From positions 2,592,001 to 2,656,000 of the forward strand of contig CBDFIQ010000002.1 in the NCBI GenBank assembly GCA_965248195.1: a stretch of 64,000 nucleotides of DNA, in the 5' to 3' direction. Made by a program: the position numbers and the translations under genes. The DNA comes from Longimicrobiales bacterium. GTDB lineage: Bacteria; Gemmatimonadota; Gemmatimonadetes; Longimicrobiales; Gaopeijiaceae. Under the pieces are notes generated by a model. The model searched no databases and was not told where the DNA came from. It worked only from the letters and a program-made list of their open reading frames with translations. Shown here one piece after another: positions 30,785 through 40,755 of this stretch; within the stretch, counting starts at the first letter, position 1, and each line of letters opens with the position of its first letter.

Positions 30785-31141
30785 ATGGCAAAGCGAACAA
30801 CGCTCGAGCCGCTCTTGTGGCTTCTTTTCAGCGCCGGGGGCGTGGTAGCCGCCCTGGTGATCCCGGTCCTGCTGTTGCTATTCGGCCTCGCCTTCCCTCT
30901 CGGCTGGCTGTCACCTCCCAGTCATGCGCACATGCTCGCGGTGCTGGGCCACCCACTTTCGCGCGTGACGATTTTCGTCTCGTGCACGTTGTTGTTGTTT
31001 CACTGGGCGCACCGCTTTCGCTTCACACTGTACGACGGGTTGCAGATCAAGCACCTGAACGAGCTGATCGTTCTACTGTCTTACGGGACCGTGCTCGCCG
31101 GTACCATTGCTGCTGGGTATCTCGTCTGGCAGCTTCCATAG
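30785..31141 (+). CDS. frdD: fumarate reductase membrane anchor D
   Basis: EP..W.LFSAGG, H.AHR....YD motifs. Confidence 0.9.
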   Translation: MAKRTTLEPLLWLLFSAGGVVAALVIPVLLLLFGLAFPLGWLSPPSHAHMLAVLGHPLSRVTIFVSCTLLLFHWAHRFRFTLYDGLQIKHLNELIVLLSYGTVLAGTIAAGYLVWQLP

Positions 31142-31178
31142 CGGAGTAGGACGCGCAAGCAGAACCCTGTCACACCCA

Positions 31179-31679
31179 TCACTCGATGCCGAGCTCCGTA
31201 GGCTCCTCCGGATCCGGAGCACAGTGCGGGTGTCGTTCGATCATCCTCACGCACGCGTTCCAACGGAGCGTCGCGTCTCCGACATCTGACGGGCGGGACT
31301 CAATGGCCAGTTCGTACTGCTCGAGGGCATACTGGAACCACTCGTAGGCGACGAAGCCCGACCGTTTGCCGCGTCGCCGAAGGAGCCCCTTGGCTTGACG
31401 CTCGCAGATCACACCGCCGTAGTACGCCCGCTCGTACTCTCCCTCGAGCCGAGGAAGCACCTCCCGCGCTTGCTTGAGAAGCGACGGGCCGCCCCCCTCG
31501 AATTGGTCGGTCCTGGCGAGAAGCAAATTGATCAGCGCTCGCTGATTGTCGGGGTCCACTTCGAGAATGTCGACGCAGATGCTCTCGGCTTCCTCAGGCT
31601 CGTTTAGAAGCCGGTAGTGCTCTGCCTTGGCTAGCGCCGGAGGCACCGCGTCCAGTGATAATCGCTTGAGTTCGAACAT
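31179..31679 (-). CDS. hypothetical alpha-helical (TPR-like) protein downstream of sdhB, 166 aa
   Basis: ATG 31679 with GGAG SD; MFELKRLS...AEHYRLLNEPEEAESICVDILEVDPDNQRAL has a TPR-like pattern. Confidence 0.75.
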   Translation of the reverse strand: MFELKRLSLDAVPPALAKAEHYRLLNEPEEAESICVDILEVDPDNQRALINLLLARTDQFEGGGPSLLKQAREVLPRLEGEYERAYYGGVICERQAKGLLRRRGKRSGFVAYEWFQYALEQYELAIESRPSDVGDATLRWNACVRMIERHPHCAPDPEEPTELGIE

Positions 31680-31726
31680 GTCACTCCGTCTCTCGCCGCT
31701 TGGTGTTTTCTGAATAACGAACGCAG

Positions 31727-32503
31727 CTATAGGGGAACCATCTTCCCCTGCCGATCGACGGGATCGCGTAGCGAGGCACGCAGGTAATCCCGGTTCAATT
31801 GGCCGATGAAGCCGATGCTTATCCCCTTGGGACATTGAGCCTCGCACTCCCCGTAGTTCCGGCAAGCACCGAAACCTTCCTGCTCCATCCGCGTGACCAT
31901 CCGCCGCACCCTTGTGTAGCGTTCCGGCTGGCCCTGGGGAAGCAACGCGAGATGCGACACCTTGGCGGCGGTGTACAGCATCGCCGAGGCGTTTGGGCAC
32001 GCAGCCACGCAGGCGCCGCAACCGATGCAGGACGCTGCGTCGAGAGCCAGCTCGACCGTCTCGGGCTCGATGGGGACGGAGTTCGGATCCGGTTTGGGAC
32101 CGGCATGCACGCTTATGAATCCTCCGGCCTGCATGATCCGGTCGAACGCGCTTCGATCCACGATCAGGTCGCGGACCAGCGGAAACGCTGCTGCCCGGAA
32201 GGGCTCGACAATAATCACATCGCCGTCCCGAAAGTGACGCATGTAGATCTGGCATGTGGCCGATTCGGGCAGAGGGCCGTGGGCCTGCCCGTTGATCACC
32301 ATGGAGCACGATCCACAGATTCCTTCACGGCAGTCGGAGTCGAAAGCAACGGGCTCATCTCCTTCCGTGGTGAGCTGCTCGTTGAGGAGATCCATCATCT
32401 CGAGGAACGACGTGTCCGGGCTGATGTCGTCGACTGCATAATCCTCGAGAGAACCTGACACATCGGGCCCGGGCTGCCTCCAAACCCTCAGCGTGAATCT
32501 CAT
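31727..32503 (-). CDS. sdhB: succinate dehydrogenase/fumarate reductase Fe-S subunit (single-anchor type)
   Basis: DCREGICGSC, CIGCGACVAACP, CRNYGECEAQCP. Confidence 0.92.
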   Translation of the reverse strand: MRFTLRVWRQPGPDVSGSLEDYAVDDISPDTSFLEMMDLLNEQLTTEGDEPVAFDSDCREGICGSCSMVINGQAHGPLPESATCQIYMRHFRDGDVIIVEPFRAAAFPLVRDLIVDRSAFDRIMQAGGFISVHAGPKPDPNSVPIEPETVELALDAASCIGCGACVAACPNASAMLYTAAKVSHLALLPQGQPERYTRVRRMVTRMEQEGFGACRNYGECEAQCPKGISIGFIGQLNRDYLRASLRDPVDRQGKMVPL

Positions 32504-32518
32504 CGGCCTGTCATCTCT

Positions 32519-34438
32519 TCAAGCCTTGTAGTTTCGTTGCGCCAACGGCAGAGCGTGGAAGGTCAGTGGCTCCTCATCGAGGGCGGGCGGCTCGTCGGGG
32601 CCCTTGAATTCCCAGACCGACACGTGCGCGAAGTCCAGGTCATCGCGCAACGCCTCGCCCTCCTCCGTCTGATGCTCCTCGCGGAAGTGACCACCGCACG
32701 ACTCCTCCCGGGTCAGGGCGTCGAGACACATCAGCTCCCCGAGCTCGAGGAAATCGGCTAGACGACCGGCGTGTTCGAGCGACTGATTGAGGTGCTCACC
32801 GGTGCCGTTGATACACAAATTGGACCGAAACTCGTCCCGGAGCCGTGGGATGATCTCGAGGGCTTCACGCAGGCCCTCCGCTGAACGGGACATTCCACAG
32901 TGATCCCAAACGACTCGTCCCAGCTCCCGATGGAGAGACTCTACGGTTCGCGTACCCCCGATCCCGAGGAGACTCTCGATCTGGTCTCGGACCTCGCGCT
33001 CGGCGTCGCGGAAAGCCGAGTGGTCAGTGTCCACGTCCCCGTAGGGGTGCCGGCTCAGATAGTCCCCGATTGTGATCGGTAGGATGAAGTACCCGTCGGC
33101 GAGGCATTGCATCATGGAGCTCGCTCCCAATCGGTTCGCCCCGTGATCCGAGAAGTTCGCCTCTCCGATCGCGTACAGACCCGGCACCGTGGTCATCAGG
33201 TTGTAGTCGACCCACAGCCCACCCATCGTGTAGTGGGGTGCCGGGTAGATCTGCATCGGCGCGTTCCAGGGACTCTCACCGGTGATCCGTTCGTAGATCT
33301 CGAAGAGGTTCTCGTAGCGGTCTTCCATCACATCGCGTCCGTGCTCCGCGATCGCGTCGCGAAAGTCGAGATAGACGCCGCGGCCTGTCGGACCGACCCC
33401 GAGCCCCTGATCGCACACGTCTTTGGTGTTCCGAGAAGCCACGTCCCGCGGGACCAGATTGCCGAACCGGGGATACTCCTCCTCGAGGTAGTAGTAGCGT
33501 TCCTCCTCGGGAATCTGGCCAGGTGGACGGGTGTCCTCACCGTTACGCGGAACCCAGATACGCCCATCGTTCCGCAGCGACTCACTCATCAAGGTGAGCT
33601 TCGACTGATGTTGCCCCGAGGCGGGGATACAGGTCGGATGAATCTGAGTGAAGCAGGGATTCGCGAACTTGGCCCCACGCTTGTACGCTCGCCAGGTCGC
33701 CGTGACGTTACAGCCTCTCGCGTTGGTCGACAGGTAGTAGACGTTGGAGTAGCCCCCGGTCGCGAGCACGACCGCCTCCGCCGCATGAGATTGGACCCGG
33801 CCGGTTACGAGATCCCGAACCACGATCCCTCGCGCGCGCCCGTCGATGACCACGACATCGAGCAGCTCGGTGCGGGTGTGCATCTGCACCTGCCCGGCTT
33901 CGATCTGTTCCGCTAGCGCCGAGCATGCACCCAAGAGCAGTTGCTGGCCAGTTTCGCCACGCGAGTAGAAGGTCCGCTCCACCAGGACCCCGCCGAAGGA
34001 GCGATTCGCGAGCATCCCGCCGTACTCACGGGCAAAGGGTACGCCCTGCGCTACCGCCTGATCGATGATGTTTGCGCTCAGCTCGGCTAGCCGCCACACG
34101 TTCGCCTCCCGAGACCGGAAGTCACCGCCCTTCTGGGTGTCGTAGAAGAGGCGATAGACCGAGTCGCCATCGTTTCGGTAGTCCTTGGCGGCGTTGATCC
34201 CTCCCTGGGCTGCGATACTGTGGGCCCGACGGGCGCTGTCCTGGAAGCAGAAGCATTCCACACGGTAACCCATCGCGCCCAGCGAGGAGGCCGCTGCGGA
34301 GCCGGCCAATCCGGTGCCCACCACGATGACCCTGTGCTGCGGCCGATTACGGGGTCCGACCAGGCGCAGATGCTCCCGATGCGTCTCCCACATGTGCTCG
34401 ATCGGCGCCTCGGGGATCTTCGCGTCCAGCAGCATCAC
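32519..34438 (-). CDS. sdhA: succinate dehydrogenase/fumarate reductase flavoprotein (Bacteroidota/Actinomycetota-like type)
   Basis: [49 protein letters not shown]. Confidence 0.92.
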   Translation of the reverse strand: MMLLDAKIPEAPIEHMWETHREHLRLVGPRNRPQHRVIVVGTGLAGSAAASSLGAMGYRVECFCFQDSARRAHSIAAQGGINAAKDYRNDGDSVYRLFYDTQKGGDFRSREANVWRLAELSANIIDQAVAQGVPFAREYGGMLANRSFGGVLVERTFYSRGETGQQLLLGACSALAEQIEAGQVQMHTRTELLDVVVIDGRARGIVVRDLVTGRVQSHAAEAVVLATGGYSNVYYLSTNARGCNVTATWRAYKRGAKFANPCFTQIHPTCIPASGQHQSKLTLMSESLRNDGRIWVPRNGEDTRPPGQIPEEERYYYLEEEYPRFGNLVPRDVASRNTKDVCDQGLGVGPTGRGVYLDFRDAIAEHGRDVMEDRYENLFEIYERITGESPWNAPMQIYPAPHYTMGGLWVDYNLMTTVPGLYAIGEANFSDHGANRLGASSMMQCLADGYFILPITIGDYLSRHPYGDVDTDHSAFRDAEREVRDQIESLLGIGGTRTVESLHRELGRVVWDHCGMSRSAEGLREALEIIPRLRDEFRSNLCINGTGEHLNQSLEHAGRLADFLELGELMCLDALTREESCGGHFREEHQTEEGEALRDDLDFAHVSVWEFKGPDEPPALDEEPLTFHALPLAQRNYKA

Positions 34439-35214
34439 TCTCTCCCCGTCTCAATCTGCCCCAGGGGCTCGGTCGGAGGGTCGAGGGCACCCGTGATGAC
34501 CGAGATCGGGAGGATGACGAATCCCACGAACAGGGCTACGGAGATGATCGTGGCGAACCAACGAAGCCCGCGGTTCCGATCAGGATCGTCGAGCCCGAGC
34601 GTCTGGAACATGCTCCAGGCGCCATGACGGAGGTGTAGCGTGACGAGCCCCATGGCTACGACGTACACGACGACGAAGGGCCAGCGCGTAAAGGCGTAGT
34701 AGAGGTTCGCGTAGACCTGGCCCTCCTCGAAGTTGGCGGGGTCGATCGTGCCGGTGGTGAAGTGGAGGAGATGGAAGACGATGAAACCGAGAAGAAGTGT
34801 CCCGGTGAGCATCATCCACTTCGCTGAACGCGTAGCCCGCACGTGGCGCTGGTTCGTATATCGGACCGGTCGCGCGGCCCGGCTCGCGACCGAAAGCTGG
34901 ACCACGAAGACCACATGGAGAACCAGAGCGGTGAGCAGGATCAGTCGAACCGTCCACAGGGCCCCGTAGTGCGGGAGGATGGGCTCGCCGGCCGAGCGCA
35001 AGAACGCTGCGTATACGTCGATGTCGCGGACGCCCGGCTCCGGATCGGGCAAGAAGACCTTGAGATTTCCGGCTACGTGGGCCACGAGGTATCCGATCAA
35101 GATGGCGCCCGTGACCGCGACCACGGCCTTCTTGCCAAGCGTGCTCTGATAAAAACCCACTCGCCTCACACTCGCTTGAAAGGTAGGGCCGTAACTTTGG
35201 ACGGCATGGGTCAC
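34435..35214 (-). CDS. sdhC: succinate dehydrogenase cytochrome b558 anchor
   Basis: [35 protein letters not shown] His ligands; 5 TM helices. Confidence 0.9.
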   Translation of the reverse strand: MTHAVQSYGPTFQASVRRVGFYQSTLGKKAVVAVTGAILIGYLVAHVAGNLKVFLPDPEPGVRDIDVYAAFLRSAGEPILPHYGALWTVRLILLTALVLHVVFVVQLSVASRAARPVRYTNQRHVRATRSAKWMMLTGTLLLGFIVFHLLHFTTGTIDPANFEEGQVYANLYYAFTRWPFVVVYVVAMGLVTLHLRHGAWSMFQTLGLDDPDRNRGLRWFATIISVALFVGFVILPISVITGALDPPTEPLGQIETGRE

Positions 35215-35299
35215 CTTTCAGCGGTGCGGAAGCACCGGTGCCGTGGCCGATCCCTCCTAAGACGTCCGCACTCAGGGACTTCTTACGGGACTAGTGGGG

Positions 35300-35776
35300 T
35301 TATTGGTCACCGTCGCTGGCAGGGTCGTCCCAGATCTTCATCTGCCTCAGCGCGTCCATGGACGTCGGCAATTCGGATTCGCCCGCCGGAAAGTCGTTCA
35401 GCTCGAGCATGTACGCGACGATGTCGGCATAGGTCTGCGCAGGCAGGCCCCCCGGATTGTCATCGGGCATGGAGTAGAGGATGAATTCATAGATGTCCCC
35501 GACCGACCGGTTACGCCAGCGCCGCTCGAAAGAGGATCCGGCAAACTCGGAGGACGCATGGCAGCTGACACAGTTGTCTCGGAAAAGTCCGTTTCCACGG
35601 GAAGCCTGGCGGCTCGTGAAGAACGTGTTCCCCACCGAAGCTTCGGCCGCCGGTGCGGCGTCGGCAACGGGCGCGTCCGCCGCCGGGGCGGCAGCGCTCG
35701 CGGGCGATCCTTCGGGTGTGGAGGCGCATCCTGCGAGCATTACCACCAACACAGCATTGATGAGATTCTTTTTCAT
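35300..35776 (-). CDS. monoheme cytochrome c lipoprotein
   Basis: Lipobox LAGC, Ala/Pro linker, CVSCH, distal MP. Confidence 0.88.
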   Translation of the reverse strand: MKKNLINAVLVVMLAGCASTPEGSPASAAAPAADAPVADAAPAAEASVGNTFFTSRQASRGNGLFRDNCVSCHASSEFAGSSFERRWRNRSVGDIYEFILYSMPDDNPGGLPAQTYADIVAYMLELNDFPAGESELPTSMDALRQMKIWDDPASDGDQ

Positions 35777-36042
35777 TGATGTCCCTTGGAGTGAGTCCCC
35801 ACACTTTGCGAAAACAACGAGCACGTGGCAAGGGGAGGATACGCAACTCTTCGAGAGCCGGGCATGTCTGATGGAATGAGTGACTCGCCGAGGAGCCTTG
35901 CTCCAAGGCGTGGACGTCGAGGGTACCGGCGTTGGCGGTCCCGCAACATATACGATCCCGCTAAGGTATTGTCCGTGGACTTCGCGTAAGACAACGTCTT
36001 CGATCGTGACGCCGCGCCATCATATCGAAAACCTTTTGACGG

Positions 36043-38424
36043 ATGGAAACTGTGAGGGAATCGAGTGTAAAGTGGGCCGTTCTGGCCTTGGGCCTTCTGA
36101 TGACGACGCCCCTCGCTGGGCAAGGATACGGACATTCCCTAGCCGTGGGGGACGGCGAGGTGATTGTCGGGGAGTCACTGAGTGAGACGTCCCCCGGGTA
36201 CGTCTACGTCTTCCGGAGGGATTCCGGAGGGGCCTGGGCCGAGGTCCAACGCTTCGAGGCATCCAACTCGGCCGTCGGGGACCATTTCGGTAGAACCCTG
36301 ACGCTCTCCGGGGACCAACTCCTGGTCGGGTCGACCATTCTTCAGGCGATCTACGTGTTCGAGAAGGACGCAAGCGGCCAGTGGATTGAAACGCAAACCC
36401 TGACCGTGAGCGACAACATCCCTGGAAATTACATCGGCCGGATCTCGGCGGGGGACGGAGACCACTTCCTGACGGCTTCGTGGGCGAACTCGGAAGGCCG
36501 CGGTGCGGTCTACGTGTTCGAGCGGGTCCCGTCCACGGGCCTGTGGACCGAGACCGCCAAGCTCATCGGAAGCGACGTTTTGCCGAATGATCTGTTCGGC
36601 ATGTCCATCGCGGTGGAAGGTGATCTGGCTCTCATCGGCACGGCGCAGCAGGCCAACGGTACTGGAGCCGTTTACGTGTTCAGACGGGATCCAGCCACCG
36701 GGAACTGGTCGGAGCAGACAAAGCTCACGGGACCGGGAACCGGGCCCAACAGCCGGTTCGGCGCAGCCGTGGGGCTCGATGGTGGTGTTGCTCTCGTCGC
36801 TGCCTCCACGCACGAGCTGGGAGTGGGTGTGGTGTTCGGGTTTTCCTACGACGAATCGACTGGGGAGTGGCGGGCCGGCCCTGCCCTGAGGCCCTTCGAT
36901 GGAGGTAATCCGGGCACGCAGTTTGGGACGGCCATACACTTCGGGACCAACGAGGCATGGTTCGGCGCTCCTGGTGCGGCCGATTTCGAGGGACGCGCTT
37001 ATGTGATGTCTCGCGGCCCTTCGGGGGATTGGACCGGAGCCAGCAAGCTCATCGGGTCCGAGCTCGCACCGGGTGATGAATTCAGCCGTACCCTCGCGGT
37101 GCAGGACGATGTCGCCGCGTTGGGCGTCACTGGAGACGATTTCGATCTCGGTTCGGTGGCGATCTTCGAACGGCAAGGCGGAGTGTGGTCGGAAGTGGCG
37201 AGGGTATTCCCGGAGACGGCCGAGGCCATGGCCTCGATCACGGGCGGACAAGTGGACTGCGAGGGGGGGGCGGCGGAGGCTTTCACCTGCAGCGACCTGG
37301 ACATGCTGTCGTTCCTGTCCGTCGCGGATCTCGGAGCGGGACGCGGAGTCGAAGTGAACGACGTCTGGGGATGGACCGACCCCGACTCGGGCCGGGAATA
37401 CGCGCTCGTCGGGCGCTACGATGGCACCTCCTTCGTAGACGTCAGTGACCCCTTGAATCCCAGGTACGTAGGAAACCTGCCGCTCACGGAGGGCGCCAGG
37501 GGGGACGTCTGGAGGGACATCAAGGTCTACCGAGACCACGCCTTCATCGTGGCCGATGGCGCGGGTCAGCACGGGATGCAGATCTTCGACCTCACCAAGC
37601 TGAGGGACGTGCGGGGGGACCCGGTGACCTTCGAGGAGGACGCTCACTACAGCCAGATCGCGAGTGCTCACAACGTCGTGATCAACGAGGAGACCGGGTT
37701 CGCCTACGCAGTGGGGGCGAGTGAGGGCGGTGAAACCTGCGGCGGCGGCCTCCACATGATCAACATCCAGGATCCACGGAGTCCGCTCTTTGCTGGCTGT
37801 TTCCAGGATATGGGCACGGGCCGCCAGGGTACGGGCTACAGCCACGACGCCCAGTGTGTCACCTACCACGGCCCCGACGAGGACCACCAGGGCCAGGAGA
37901 TTTGCTTCGGCTCCAACGAGACCGCGTTGAGCATCGCCGACGTCACGGACAAAGCCAGCCCGGTCTCACTCTCGACGGCGACGTATCCCAACGTGGCCTA
38001 CGCCCATCAGGGCTGGCTCGACGAGGAGCACCGCTACTTCTACATGAACGATGAGCTCGACGAGATCGGGGGCAACGTCGACCGGACGCGCACACTGATC
38101 TGGGACATCGTCGATCTGGACGACCCGATTCTGGTGAGGGAGTACTTCGCCGACAACGAGTCCTCGGACCACAATCTCTACATCCTGGGCGATCTCATGT
38201 ACCAGTCCAACTACGTGAGCGGACTTCGCATCCTGGATATCTCGGATCGGGAAAACCCTGAGGTGGTAGGGTTCTTCGACACGGTCCCAGGGACTCCCGA
38301 CAGGCCCGGCTTCGATGGATCCTGGAGCAACTATCCGTTTTTTGAGAGTGGGATCATCATCGTGAACAGCGGTAAGGAGGGAATGTTCATCCTGCGCAAG
38401 CGGGAGCGGACGCTTCTCCCGTGA
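36043..38424 (+). CDS. choice-of-anchor B family protein with FG-GAP/integrin-like repeats
   Basis: Signal peptide, repeated FG..V/GAVYVF propeller blades, NDVWGWTDP, WRDIKVY, HQGWL, HNLY, WSNYPFF. Confidence 0.85.
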   Translation: METVRESSVKWAVLALGLLMTTPLAGQGYGHSLAVGDGEVIVGESLSETSPGYVYVFRRDSGGAWAEVQRFEASNSAVGDHFGRTLTLSGDQLLVGSTILQAIYVFEKDASGQWIETQTLTVSDNIPGNYIGRISAGDGDHFLTASWANSEGRGAVYVFERVPSTGLWTETAKLIGSDVLPNDLFGMSIAVEGDLALIGTAQQANGTGAVYVFRRDPATGNWSEQTKLTGPGTGPNSRFGAAVGLDGGVALVAASTHELGVGVVFGFSYDESTGEWRAGPALRPFDGGNPGTQFGTAIHFGTNEAWFGAPGAADFEGRAYVMSRGPSGDWTGASKLIGSELAPGDEFSRTLAVQDDVAALGVTGDDFDLGSVAIFERQGGVWSEVARVFPETAEAMASITGGQVDCEGGAAEAFTCSDLDMLSFLSVADLGAGRGVEVNDVWGWTDPDSGREYALVGRYDGTSFVDVSDPLNPRYVGNLPLTEGARGDVWRDIKVYRDHAFIVADGAGQHGMQIFDLTKLRDVRGDPVTFEEDAHYSQIASAHNVVINEETGFAYAVGASEGGETCGGGLHMINIQDPRSPLFAGCFQDMGTGRQGTGYSHDAQCVTYHGPDEDHQGQEICFGSNETALSIADVTDKASPVSLSTATYPNVAYAHQGWLDEEHRYFYMNDELDEIGGNVDRTRTLIWDIVDLDDPILVREYFADNESSDHNLYILGDLMYQSNYVSGLRILDISDRENPEVVGFFDTVPGTPDRPGFDGSWSNYPFFESGIIIVNSGKEGMFILRKRERTLLP

Positions 38425-38426
38425 GT

Positions 38427-38470
38427 GCACACCACCCTGCCTCACTCCGGCAATACGGCAGTATGGTGTG
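38427..38470. terminator. hairpin between convergent genes
   Basis: GCACACCA..CTGCC / GGCAG..TGGTGTGC inverted repeat; no U-tract. Confidence 0.4.
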
Positions 38471-38475
38471 CGGGC

Positions 38476-39345
38476 CTAGGAGATCCGCGATCGATTCGTG
38501 AGATACGCGAGTCGCGACGAGAGGTCGGCCTGCGAGATGTCCTTCAGATCCGGGGATAAAGAGTCGAGCAGGTGGGCGAGGGCTTCAGTGGCATAGGAGA
38601 AGCCCCTCCGATAGATCTGGAAGTTGACGCTCGTCACCACGTTCGCCATTCCTCGAAGCGTCATATCCACCAAACGGCGATCGAGGTACGCCTTCTCGAA
38701 TCGATTCTCACACTCCTCGATGATATTTTGCATGGCCGACAGCCCGTGAGGCAGGGAAGAACTGGAGATCTCTTGGACGATCGAGATTCGGAGAAGCCCG
38801 TCGTCGGAGTGCGCATAGAGGTCGAGAAATGGCGAGACTCCGAGCTCGACCTGGCTCCCACCCGGGCTCCGTCGAGAGGCTCCCCCGCGTCCCAAGCTCA
38901 TGAGGAGATCACGACGTAGTGTAGGGGCCGACCGGGGGGGCGCCTTCGCATCCTGCACTTCGACACGCGGCCGGCTGAACACGGCGATGGTGGGAGCATC
39001 GTAGGCCATCGACCATCCCGAATCGTCGCGCTCGCCCTGCAGCCCCGCGTCAGTGAAGGCGAACGCCCCCGCCGGACTCTGCCCAGGAATCTCCACGAGG
39101 TCACTTCCAGCGACGAGAACGGTACGGAGCCCGGCCGTGTCGAGGGCTGCGGCAGTGTCCAGCAGCTTGTCCTCTTCGTCCGCCGCGAACCAGATCTCGG
39201 GTACGCCGTAGTTGGCCTTCATCTGCACCTCGGCCGCCGTGAGGCCGAAGTGGGAGGCCACCGCGGCCGCGGCCGCGTCGCCGTGCGGTGGGTCGGAGAT
39301 GAGCAGGTACCGAGCGTTCACGCTACCGATCCATCTCCTCGTCAT
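38476..39345 (-). CDS. hypothetical protein
   Basis: 289-aa ORF filling the gap; no motif recognised. Confidence 0.65.
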   Translation of the reverse strand: MTRRWIGSVNARYLLISDPPHGDAAAAAVASHFGLTAAEVQMKANYGVPEIWFAADEEDKLLDTAAALDTAGLRTVLVAGSDLVEIPGQSPAGAFAFTDAGLQGERDDSGWSMAYDAPTIAVFSRPRVEVQDAKAPPRSAPTLRRDLLMSLGRGGASRRSPGGSQVELGVSPFLDLYAHSDDGLLRISIVQEISSSSLPHGLSAMQNIIEECENRFEKAYLDRRLVDMTLRGMANVVTSVNFQIYRRGFSYATEALAHLLDSLSPDLKDISQADLSSRLAYLTNRSRIS

Positions 39346-39598
39346 CGACCATCGAACCGCTAGCCATCGGGTATCGAGATCTTGGGGTCACTCTGACATA
39401 CCGCATGTTACTCGATCGATACCTCGTGTTTGGCGAGTATGCAAGCGTGGCCTCCTCCACAGGGCAAGGTCGTCGTCATACGAAGTGGTCGACGGTGGTC
39501 ATTCCTCATCCGCAAGAAATGCCGACCTCTGGCAAAATGTATCGGGACTTGAAGGCTCTCTTTGGCCAAAAAGGCACATGACAGGCGCTTTTCGACGT

Positions 39599-39614
39599 CT
39601 GGCATGGTTTTCGC
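39599..39614 (+). promoter_or_regulatory. putative sigma54 promoter upstream of the pilin cluster
   Basis: CTGGCATGGTTTTCGC, with GG(39601-2)-N10-GC(39613-4) spacing. Confidence 0.55.
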
Positions 39615-39862
39615 GACGAATCTTGGTACGAAATAAGCACATCCCCCACCGACTGACCTCGAATCTGGCTGGTGCGTCAGGGGGGCCCCTTGAACAACGG
39701 AGGCCCGACCCATCGCCCGTCCTTTTCTTTGTAAGTGCCTAGCCGCCAAGAGAACTCCGCTACACACACTTGGGGATTCTCTTGCACCTTCAGATACTCA
39801 GGTTGGGATCGGTTCGACTAGCACCGGCCGAAGCAGGGACTCGCGTGACAGTTGGTGGTTTC

Positions 39863-40300
39863 ATGGATAAGGCAAGGAATGGCAACGCAGGCCGCACCCC
39901 GAACGACCGAGGGTTTACGCTCATTGGGCTCATCATTGCCCTCACCATAACCGGCGTGTTAGCGACTATCGCCCTCCCGCCGATGGGAAACACGATCCGA
40001 TCCGTGCGCCTGCAAGCGACCACGTCGGACCTGGCGGGAGACCTTGCAAGAGCCCGCATCGAGGCGCTCAAACGCAACCGGGTGGTCGACGTCACGGTGA
40101 CCAGCGCAACCGAGTACGAAATCGAGTTTGTCGGCGAGAGGAAACTCGAGAACGGAGCTGTCTTCCTCGACGCACCGACCCTGGTCCAGTTCGCGGCTTT
40201 TGGCCCCATGCTGACGGGTCCCGAACAGTTCGTCATTGGGCTCGGCGGTGCAACGAGGACGGTATCGCTCACCGCATCCGGGCTTCCGGTCTTGGATTGA
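39863..40300 (+). CDS. FimT/GspH-like minor pilin (Glu5 replaced by Gly)
   Basis: RG|FTLIGLIIAL...IALP, L..DL..AR.EA..RN, G.....VSL.ASG.P. Confidence 0.85.
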   Translation: MDKARNGNAGRTPNDRGFTLIGLIIALTITGVLATIALPPMGNTIRSVRLQATTSDLAGDLARARIEALKRNRVVDVTVTSATEYEIEFVGERKLENGAVFLDAPTLVQFAAFGPMLTGPEQFVIGLGGATRTVSLTASGLPVLD

Positions 40301-40302
40301 TC

Positions 40303-40755
40303 ATGCATAACGGCAGTTCTGAGATGCGGCGCCCGGAACGCAGGGGAAGCGCGGGGTTCACCCTGGTCGAGCTCATCACGGCCCTCGTGATTCTGGCAAC
40401 CGGCATTCTGGCGGCCAACACCCTCGTCATCGGTGTGGCGCGGACCCAACGACGGGCAACCGTCCGTGCGGAGATGACGGAAGTCGGACAGAGCAAGCTC
40501 GAGGAACTCAGGGCCTACGCCACCATGGGAACCGCCGATACCGTTCAATTGCTGGTGGGCGGCTCACTCACCGCTTCGGTGGCGAACCACGCGGACACGG
40601 TGACCGGCGGCAGAGAACGAGAGTTCATCGTGCGTTGGCAGGTGGACGGCGGCACCTACGACGTACGGGAGGTCACGATTCGCATAGTGCCACTGAACGG
40701 CGCAAGGGATGACCTGAGCTATATGGACTTCTACACGCTGGTCTTCATCACATGA
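40303..40755 (+). CDS. PilV-like minor pilin
   Basis: AG|FTLVELITALVIL..GIL, Q.KLEELR. Confidence 0.85.
   Translation: MHNGSSEMRRPERRGSAGFTLVELITALVILATGILAANTLVIGVARTQRRATVRAEMTEVGQSKLEELRAYATMGTADTVQLLVGGSLTASVANHADTVTGGREREFIVRWQVDGGTYDVREVTIRIVPLNGARDDLSYMDFYTLVFIT

Noticed and set aside
39440..39520. c-di-GMP-I riboswitch (ACAGGGCAA resembles its 5' part)
   Set aside because: The GAAA tetraloop and GACGCAAAGC core are missing, and it lies upstream of the candidate promoter.
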